Assembly: GCA_002633005.1 (NCBI GenBank)
Contig: NMRA01000958.1
Coordinates: 24,267 to 88,266, forward strand
Direction of reading: 5' to 3'
Length of the DNA stretch: 64,000 bases
From: Phoronis australis
Lineage: Eukaryota > Animalia > Phoronida
The notes under the pieces are model-generated. The model did not search any database and had not been told where the DNA came from. It saw only the letters and a list, made by a program, of their open reading frames with translations. Shown here one piece after another: positions 55,901 to 64,000 of this stretch. A program made the translations under genes and the position numbers. Within the stretch, counting starts at the first letter, position 1; each line of letters opens with the position of its first letter.

Positions 55901-57658
55901 TCAAGCATAATACAGGGATATTCCTGACTAGGTTTGAACCTGTGCCCTTTGGGCGCACCTTACGATAATAACAGTTAGTGTGCCTTTTTCAAAAAGAAGT
56001 GAACAGCAGACTTAGTGCAAAGTGGTAACATATGAAACAGAACCCCTAACGGCAATTGAAATAACAACAGGTTGACTTTTTATCCAACTAGCTGTAAGTT
56101 GACTAAAATCTTGCGTTTTTGGAAGAGCGTTGGGTTTTGAAAGATTGTACCTGGGAGGCGCACAGCTGGTATGTACTTCATGGCCCAAAAGCGCAGTCCA
56201 GGAATATTCCTGACATTAATGTAAGGGAGCAGACGCCGGACACCCAGATAGGGATGCTACTGGATGGATGGGAATGCCAGAATTCATATGGCTGCTTAAA
56301 CAGCACAAGGTACATTGTACAATACACGTACCACGTGCAGGTTTTGTGTAAAAGTAATTCACAGTTATACAGTAAGAGGACTACTCGACAACATATGATT
56401 GTTCATCTTTTGTACTAGGATCGTGTAGGACTGAGAAAAGTGCCAGATTCAGCTAACCAAAGAGCACGTCCTCATAAATGGCTGATCGGATCCAAAGGAA
56501 ACTTTCATATACTTTGCTTTTTGCACAGCTCTCCAAAAGAATTTAGGGATTGTATTTAAAAAGACCTTCTTTGGCAAGGTTATCAAAAATAGCCGTAACG
56601 TAAAATTGCCGTGAGGACTCGACAGGGACCTCAGGGGTATCACACTCCACTGATTTATCCACATTATTTTGAAAACGATTTGCCCAGTCACACATTGTGT
56701 GTCATAAAAGAGATAAGCACACCAGCTGCTGACGCAGCAAGTAGAACTACTCTCGTTTATCACATTGGTGTAGACTCACAGTTGAAGAGTGGTTTTCTGT
56801 AGACCCCAGACCGTCCCAAGTTGCACCATATACCAACTCCGGACGGTCTCTCACGATGATTAAGTGTTATGTGTAGAAAAGGAAAACGTTAATTTTGAAA
56901 AAAATGCAGTGTTTTCAAGAAGAGTACACGTTCAATAAGTTGCACACGAAACTTAATTTAGTTATGTTTTTTTTTCTGGTTTGCGATGAATGTAGCTTTC
57001 TTTTCTACTAAACTCTACTAAAAAGACGTGGTCATCTGACCTCATCAATGGCAGTCACATGGCATCAAAGGAAAAATGTCATCTTACACGCTTTTTACTT
57101 TCAGAAAATATACACTTTTACTAAATTTAATTTCAGCTTTTTAGATGTTTGGCTGAATGGACTGAATTGTTGATAAAGTCATACATATCACTAAGATTGT
57201 GTAAGCTTTTGGTGCTAGAAATACTACCAGGATATGCAATTTAGCTGGATTGCTATGTGTTTATATTGGGCATGGTATATGTTCCTGAAACAAAGTGATA
57301 GCATCCACAGACTATCTTGTCTAAGACTGACAAAAGAAAAACAAAATTACCATTGGCCACAACAGTACTGAATGTCTTAATTCCTCTTCTTTTTCTTCTT
57401 CTTCTTCTTCTTCGTAGTTTGCTCGTCAGCCACTGTAATGGTAAATGACAACCAGTAAGTAGAAATGCGTGTAGTAGCTGAATTATCAATAGACGTGCAA
57501 TAACACGTTTTGCCTTCTTGAACAAAGTGTGGACAAGTTTAACTCAATTTGGGAGTGACAAGCTAGTATCCCTATTGTGTAATTCTTGATGCTTACTTCG
57601 GAAGATCGTCAAGTCATTCTACTTTCAGATCCCGAATATATCCAGAAGAACAATACTC

Positions 57659-60600
57659 TCAAAGAAAGCGAAAAATACAGCCTGCACAACCGAACCTACC
57701 TGTCTCTTGAGGTGAATCCTGTTGCACTGGTTCACCATTGGCATTTGGCGGAGTCACTTCACTCACACCTAGATTACGTGCAGATGCCTCGCTACTGGTA
57801 ACTTTACGAGCACCAAAAAGCTGCATTCCGTATGCAACTGGTCCTGACCAAGAGAATCCAATGAAGAAGCTCACTTGCTTGTGTCTCCAACTATAAAATG
57901 GAGCTGGTTTAGTCGATGGTATCCTCAAAGTTCGGTACTTCCAGCCAAATGATACGTCAACGCAATCTAAACTTTCTGAAACGTCTCCTTCAAATAAATG
58001 AAGTTTTCCTTCCACGAAATCAGAATTCCAGAAGTCATCCAGGTGAACTTTGTCAAACTCACAGTAGTGGATGAATTGCTTCATTTCAGTTGCTTTTGCG
58101 AGAAAAAAAGTATTACGTTCTCTGGTAACACGGTTGGCATTCACTTCTTTTTGCATGAAAGGATGTTTGTCACTGTACTTTATTTTCCATTCTTCAACCA
58201 CAGTGTTTAATGACGAGGGCAAGTTTCGCTCAGTGCTGGTCATGCCGCATGGCCAGTTTAACATACAGTAGAACAGGTAAGGCTCCAAACATTCTCGTGA
58301 CAGCGACGCTCTGTTTGTATACAGTTCATGGCTCCAATGCACTAACTGATCATAGGAAACATCAATATCTTCTTTCAAAACAAATGCTCGAGTTATCTGG
58401 ATGCTCAATATTAGAAGATAGTCGTCAGTCTTCCGACACTCAGAGACCATGTTGTCCATGACAAGTTTGCACGCAGAAGCTAAATCTGGTTTGGCATCTT
58501 GTTCGTTTTTAAATTCCATTGCTTTAGTAATCATCCAAGAAAATGAAAAACCAAAGTTGCGGTTAACAAGGCCTCTTCTGAACTCGCATTTTTCATATTC
58601 ATTCAGAGATTTGGGTACTGCATCACTTGGTCCATGAAAAAAAAGGAGAAAAGTTTGCCTGAGCTTAGCAAGATCCTTCTGTGTTCCACGGTAGTGTTCC
58701 AACTGTGATTTGTCAAGGAAATGTTGACGTAACTGTGTTTGTCTCTCCTCCAACTGTGCCAAAGTCTGTCTAGCATCGACGGCAAGTTTCTTTAGTTTCA
58801 GAATTAAATCTGTGCCATCAACATCCTTCCATTCAACGAGAGACTGAGGGCAATATTTCTCATTAGAGAGGAATCTTCGAAATTCTTCAGCCTTATCAAG
58901 AGGCTGGAAACGTTCCAGGAGCTCAAACAGTTTATTGGTTACATCTATTTCTCCATGAAATCCAGCAGTGTTCATCATCGCTTCAGTGCTGTTAATGTAA
59001 GAGTAGTGCTGAGCATCCTTGAATGCAGCGATTGCTTGAAATGCACTTTTAATCACTTCAGCAGCATCTTCAAGATTCACTTCAGCGTTCTTATCCGTCT
59101 TGAGAAACTTAATCAAAGTCTGCTTATAAACGTGACCCAAGGTATCATGCAAGTATGAGCTCTTTCCTTTAATTTTCAATGCTTCTTTTGCATATTTGAG
59201 TGCCTCTTCATACTCTCCTTCCTTGTAACGATGCATATAATACCTAGCGATCTGCTGAGCTATGAAAGGATCCTGTAGTACCTCAAAACCTTTGATTAAA
59301 ACATTAACAGCAATTTCATCAGTCGCACGTCTTGTTAAGTCTTCAATTAATGGCGAGAAATCTGTCTTTTTGCCCATACCTTCTTCTTGCACACGTTTCC
59401 TCAGCACAATGCACACCATCCCACGAAAGCCAGAAAAGTAGTTCCTGTCTTGTCTTATCGACTGTATCACCTTGCTCTCAAGGAACTCGGTGATTATTGA
59501 ACTTCGTGATTGGTTCTCTTCAAATACAGCCAGAATCAGTTCAGCCACCTTTCTGTTGCATGTACAAAATTCAAGCATGTAGTTGTTGCACTTTGAGTCA
59601 CTCGAGTTAACGGTAAGCAAATTCCAATAATAGCTTGTACCCGACTCCCACGTCAAAGGCTGGTTCCTATTACTTCTCTGGTTGGCAGATAGGCCACTAC
59701 CAGAAATGAGATATTTCTTTCTTGGACTGAAATCAAAGTAGTTACGAGCAAACTCGTCAAATACAGAATATGGAATTGGCTTGAAGTCGTAATAATTTAG
59801 CAATGACGCATACTTGAGAATACATTTTTCTGTTTCATTCTCTATTCCCTTGACAAGATATGAAATTGTGGTCTCTAGGGATTCATTTTTAAACCCATCT
59901 TTCATCAGGTTGAACGAAAAGAGATATTTTGGGTCAAGGGCTGATTTCTTTTCCGGATTAAAGTTGCTTACGAGTGCATCATATTTGGTTCGGAACCATG
60001 CGAGCTCTTCTTCATCCAATGTGTGCTTCAAACTCAGCTCTGCAGTGTCAGAAATCGAGGTATCTCTTCTGCACATAAGAATAACTGCACTGAACCTATG
60101 ATCAGTCACCTTTGCATTAGACCCCGTGTCCCGATTGGCAGCCTCCCACTTGATTCTGCTTGCTTCTTTCTCTAGTTCTGCTCTTAGTTGCCGGATGCTT
60201 TCCGGATCTTCGTCGTCGATTAGCAGTAGTACAGGTTTTATCCTGGCCTCTACGTCCTCGCCATATAACCTCAAAGCGAAAATTTGTTGACATGTTTCTG
60301 CTTTTACAATATCTTTGACAACAGCACACCTGTACTTTTTCCTCATGTCCCACAGCACATGGCGTGCAGTTGTGGTGGCACCTGCGCCTGGTTGGTGATG
60401 TAAAGTAATCATACCGATGTTATTGCCTTCCTTACGCTTTTTTGGAGGACATCCACTGAGATTTTTTTCTACATCTTCCACTAGCTGCTTGTGTATTTGT
60501 CTTTGGCAAACCTGATTTCCAAAAGCAAAATTCTTCCAACTAACTTGTCCACCTCTGAAAAAACGTGCTTCTTCTTCTTGCATTACTTCACGATCCGTTT

Positions 60601-62365
60601 TATCTACTAAGTCACATTCATTGGAACTAACAATCTCAAGGCAGCTGAGATCATTTTTGATATTGAACGCGGCTTCTCCTTGAGAAGAAGGCATCTTACA
60701 TGAAGTGCTCGACTTGGGTTTGGCGAAAAGCTTAACTTGTTCGGAAACCAGTTGCCAAGGTATTCCTGCAATACTTTGATCCCATAGAACTTCATCTTTT
60801 TGTATGTAACGGGTGCTGGCGTCTTTGTTCCATGAATCTAATAAACGCACGTCTTCGGAAATAACAAGCCACTGTTCTTCGTTTTTTGGATTAGCCAATT
60901 CTGCAAACAGTTCCAACATCAAACTGTAATTGTCAGAATTTAATATGAAAACAAATATAACTCGTTCTGGGGGAAATCTGTTTTCGATCATCCTTGTAAC
61001 ACTTGCTGCGTGTTTCCCTCTCCACTCAAACACGTCTTCAGTGAGAGGCTTCTCTTTATAGCCATTCATAAAGATCCATGGTGGGGGTGACTTAGGTTTC
61101 AATAATGTGTCATCATCATGCCGAACATGAGCAATCTTTCGAATAGAAACTGGCTCGATGACAGGTTCCATGCTCTTGTACAATGTGGCCTCATTATCAA
61201 AATCAAAGACAGCTTTCCACTCCACGTTGCGAAGGAAGTCGTACTTGGCACGAATATTTTCAGGATCTAAGTCACACGGTAAAGCATTGGATATTAAGAT
61301 GGGGAAAGATCCATCATCAAAAACATTTCTGCCAAAGGTCAGAGCATTGCCAAGCTTTTTCAGTGCTTGAAATGATGGGGGAACAGCTTTCATCTCTCTG
61401 GCTTTCCACCATATGTGCCTACGCAGCGAGAATAATTTTTGATCATGTTCATCTAGAGTTTCAACCGAGTTCTCGTCCCAAATGAAGAACAAATTGCTAT
61501 TAGGATTAAGAGTCACAGCAACTTCTGGGTTACTGTCAAGAGAAGAAATATCAACTTCGACAACGGATGAACCAGAATCAGTTTTCACGTTTATTACGTA
61601 GAATTCCGATATCAGGGGAGCAACAAGGTGTTTTAGCTTTTCTGGGAAAAAATTCACAATTGTTTCACAGAACCTGTTGCGAAACCCATTATTGTGGTCA
61701 AAACGATGTGCCTTGACCGTGCCATCTTCACATTTACTCATTCCAAAATGCAACGTGACATCCTGATATGTGTTGATACATCCAGCAATAACACCAACTA
61801 AACTCTCCATGGATTTGCGTCCAAGGACATCACTCTGGCTTTTACCTTTGACAAAGTAGTGCACTGTACTCTGTGAATCAACTAAGTTTGGGGCATTCAT
61901 GACATCAAGATAAACAATTCCACCATCCCCTTTGCCAAAAGGCCGGAAAGTGCTAGGTTCCTTCTTTGACACGTTGGGCTCATTTGAGGTGTTGGCAGTC
62001 CTCTCCACAAGATTAACTGATTCCAAACTTGGAGATTCTAACCCAGGCAAAGCTTCTACTTCTGATACATCTTTCCCAGGGACTGACTGCGGCATCATGC
62101 TGCTAACAGTCGTATGTGGTGGAGTAGGTAGGTCAGGCGTAGACTGTGAAGTTAACTTGCTTAGCATTGTATCGATCACTGAAATATTATATTTACTCAA
62201 GCCAGGAATATTGTATTCTAGCAATGTTCGAAAGTTCTGTCGATCGTTATTTTCATAAAGAAACATGAGTCTATTTCCATTCATTCGGCCTTTAAATCCA
62301 TCAATTTCTTCAGGACTCAGACCACATGTTGATGTGAGAAAGTTAGTGATATCAAAAGGCTCCAT
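57659..62365 (-). CDS. SAMD9/SAMD9L-like STAND NTPase immune protein (1568-aa ORF; probably one large exon, 57700-62430)
   Basis: N-terminal SAM-like segment. AlbA_2-like region (FRPFG..., GCIN...TLHFG). SIR2-like region (FPILISN, FLRNVEWKAVFDFD). EEARFFRGGQVSWKNF. P-loop HHQPGAGATTTARHVLWDMRKKYRCAV and Walker B VLLLIDD. TPRs (PFIAQQIARY, SYLHDTLGHVYK, NTAGFHGEIDV). C-terminal OB-fold (VSFFIGFSWSGPVAYG). This is the SAMD9-family domain order. Confidence 0.92.
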   Translation of the reverse strand: MEPFDITNFLTSTCGLSPEEIDGFKGRMNGNRLMFLYENNDRQNFRTLLEYNIPGLSKYNISVIDTMLSKLTSQSTPDLPTPPHTTVSSMMPQSVPGKDVSEVEALPGLESPSLESVNLVERTANTSNEPNVSKKEPSTFRPFGKGDGGIVYLDVMNAPNLVDSQSTVHYFVKGKSQSDVLGRKSMESLVGVIAGCINTYQDVTLHFGMSKCEDGTVKAHRFDHNNGFRNRFCETIVNFFPEKLKHLVAPLISEFYVINVKTDSGSSVVEVDISSLDSNPEVAVTLNPNSNLFFIWDENSVETLDEHDQKLFSLRRHIWWKAREMKAVPPSFQALKKLGNALTFGRNVFDDGSFPILISNALPCDLDPENIRAKYDFLRNVEWKAVFDFDNEATLYKSMEPVIEPVSIRKIAHVRHDDDTLLKPKSPPPWIFMNGYKEKPLTEDVFEWRGKHAASVTRMIENRFPPERVIFVFILNSDNYSLMLELFAELANPKNEEQWLVISEDVRLLDSWNKDASTRYIQKDEVLWDQSIAGIPWQLVSEQVKLFAKPKSSTSCKMPSSQGEAAFNIKNDLSCLEIVSSNECDLVDKTDREVMQEEEARFFRGGQVSWKNFAFGNQVCQRQIHKQLVEDVEKNLSGCPPKKRKEGNNIGMITLHHQPGAGATTTARHVLWDMRKKYRCAVVKDIVKAETCQQIFALRLYGEDVEARIKPVLLLIDDEDPESIRQLRAELEKEASRIKWEAANRDTGSNAKVTDHRFSAVILMCRRDTSISDTAELSLKHTLDEEELAWFRTKYDALVSNFNPEKKSALDPKYLFSFNLMKDGFKNESLETTISYLVKGIENETEKCILKYASLLNYYDFKPIPYSVFDEFARNYFDFSPRKKYLISGSGLSANQRSNRNQPLTWESGTSYYWNLLTVNSSDSKCNNYMLEFCTCNRKVAELILAVFEENQSRSSIITEFLESKVIQSIRQDRNYFSGFRGMVCIVLRKRVQEEGMGKKTDFSPLIEDLTRRATDEIAVNVLIKGFEVLQDPFIAQQIARYYMHRYKEGEYEEALKYAKEALKIKGKSSYLHDTLGHVYKQTLIKFLKTDKNAEVNLEDAAEVIKSAFQAIAAFKDAQHYSYINSTEAMMNTAGFHGEIDVTNKLFELLERFQPLDKAEEFRRFLSNEKYCPQSLVEWKDVDGTDLILKLKKLAVDARQTLAQLEERQTQLRQHFLDKSQLEHYRGTQKDLAKLRQTFLLFFHGPSDAVPKSLNEYEKCEFRRGLVNRNFGFSFSWMITKAMEFKNEQDAKPDLASACKLVMDNMVSECRKTDDYLLILSIQITRAFVLKEDIDVSYDQLVHWSHELYTNRASLSRECLEPYLFYCMLNWPCGMTSTERNLPSSLNTVVEEWKIKYSDKHPFMQKEVNANRVTRERNTFFLAKATEMKQFIHYCEFDKVHLDDFWNSDFVEGKLHLFEGDVSESLDCVDVSFGWKYRTLRIPSTKPAPFYSWRHKQVSFFIGFSWSGPVAYGMQLFGARKVTSSEASARNLGVSEVTPPNANGEPVQQDSPQETGRFGCAGCIFRFL

Positions 62366-64000
62366 CTCGTCTACCTGGGACCTTGCATAATTAGTTTGAC
62401 CACACGTCTGGTCTAATTGTTGGGGCTTTTCTGAAAGAAAATTTGCACAAAATTAATCATCATGCACTCTTTAAGACAAACAACTTCTATCAGAGCATAC
62501 ATCAAAACAAGTTACATATACATAGGACTTCGTGCCTGAAGTCCATATAAGGAAGCTTAATCAATAAAAGCAACGCAGCATTGACATGTGCACATCCCTG
62601 CACACAGTAAAAGCTGAGATTTGCCCCTTTCAGTTCACTATAAATGAAAACTGAATAAGAGTTTTTACCTTCCTAAAATCGGGATCAACCTCAGTTATCA
62701 ACTCTGGTCATAAGCACTAAATTTTTGAATTTGCTAAACAACACAGATCTAGGTTATCCTGTCTGTATCTCACAGAAAAATACTTCGAATTTATCTCCGA
62801 ACAGACTCCAAACTCTTGCTACGAACCTTATTGACCTGCGGAACTTTGTAGGCTATGGTGTGTCCAAATACCAATAAATCCGTAACAGCGAAACAAAACG
62901 ACACATTTTTATAAGATTTCGGTGTATTTTTAAGGGTTTTAAATCAAATTTTGATGATTTATTGCTGTTAAACGATGAATTCAAGCGATGCTGACACCAG
63001 TAACCCGTGTTGTGAACTGCTGAACAGACTGTGTGTGAAACCAATTACGTCATTGGATAATTTCAACACCTCCGTCTGCTTTCTGGTGTCAGCTAGGGGT
63101 AACCCAACCGTACGTGCGTTAACGAGTAGAAGTACTCGATCTAAACTGATACAAATTAATCTCCAAGGCCGTGGAACCAGAAACCTTTCCCCCAACGCAT
63201 GATGCCCTCCGTTTCCATCTGATGAGAGTGCACTATCTGGTCAAGGTATGGCAAAGTGCTCATTGTCCCTTACCTGAACTCCCAGTACCTTCTGATATGA
63301 GATAGACACACACGGTCTCGGGACTAACAGCCCCTACTGATGACACAGAGACCTATTCCAGACAGCTGCCTAGAGATGGTATTGTGTGCATGCCAGAAAC
63401 AATGCAACAGTAGATGCAAATGCAGGAAATAATGTGAACGTTTGTCCTTATATTCTTCCAAAATAGTGAGACCTTGCTAAACGAGCATTGTAGACTAACG
63501 ACTATATTTTCCACATTCTATATTTAAGCTGATGCAATAACAATTTTTGAAGGCGTCACAGTAGTCAGTCCATCCAAAAGCCAGCACCAACGGTGCTCTC
63601 CTCAAACTTAATGACCTTCCGTTGAACAACTCGGTACATGTTGAAGCAAACACAAATTGTCCCAAAGCAAGCACCTCGGTAGTGCAGATCTGTTCACCAA
63701 ACACGAACAGAGCTCTCTCCTCAACAGAAACACGATTTATTGCAAGCTTGGTGAAAATTCATAAAAATATGTTAGGTATTGAAGCACGCACCCAAAAATG
63801 CAAGAGTAATTCCGAACGTTGAATTGCACCTGCGACGGTAATGGTCGGATATAAAGTGCCCACTTTTGAAAACCAATTTTCTTCACTGAATAACGGGCAT
63901 CAAACTGGTTCTCAAAATACGAGAAACAGCTTCTTATTTAATTTGAACTTTTCTTATCTAGTAAAAATTTGCTTTTCAAGGCCAAAAATGGAGACACCCA

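Noticed and set aside
56449-56802. Downstream exon of the SAMD9-like gene
   Set aside because: Short frames with stops, and no convincing phase-1 acceptor giving a long open frame. Left unresolved.
60360-60400. Walker A lacking lysine (GAGATT) as a sign of inactivation
   Set aside because: A Lys-less GxGxTT P-loop is normal in the SAMD9 family.

Overview
This is AT-rich, repeat-dense metazoan genomic DNA. The repeat types suggest a lophotrochozoan such as a mollusc, which is an inference. There are three gene-level features, all on the minus strand. (1) A complete 16-exon glycyl-tRNA synthetase gene (GARS1; CDS 41461->13156, 732 aa by manual splicing) with two in-frame starts (mitochondrial and cytosolic) and a clear U12-type AT-AC intron (22034-23596). 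(2) A ~4.7-kb exon encoding a SAMD9/SAMD9L-like STAND immune protein (SAM-AlbA_2-SIR2-like-NTPase-TPR-OB) whose AlbA_2 nuclease motifs appear degenerate. (3) A multi-exon protein kinase pseudogene (~4934-8900). Introns and intergenic DNA hold Helentron-associated (HINE-like) elements built from ~150-bp monomers that each carry a CTCF-like motif in the same orientation. They also hold Harbinger MITEs (CWG TSDs), a fossil Sola3-like transposon, a Sola-like element with a 4-bp TSD, MITEs with 5-bp TSDs, RTE and L1-clade LINE fragments, and minisatellites, several of which abut GARS splice sites. All calls come from reading the sequence by eye, no searches were run, and repeat boundaries are approximate.
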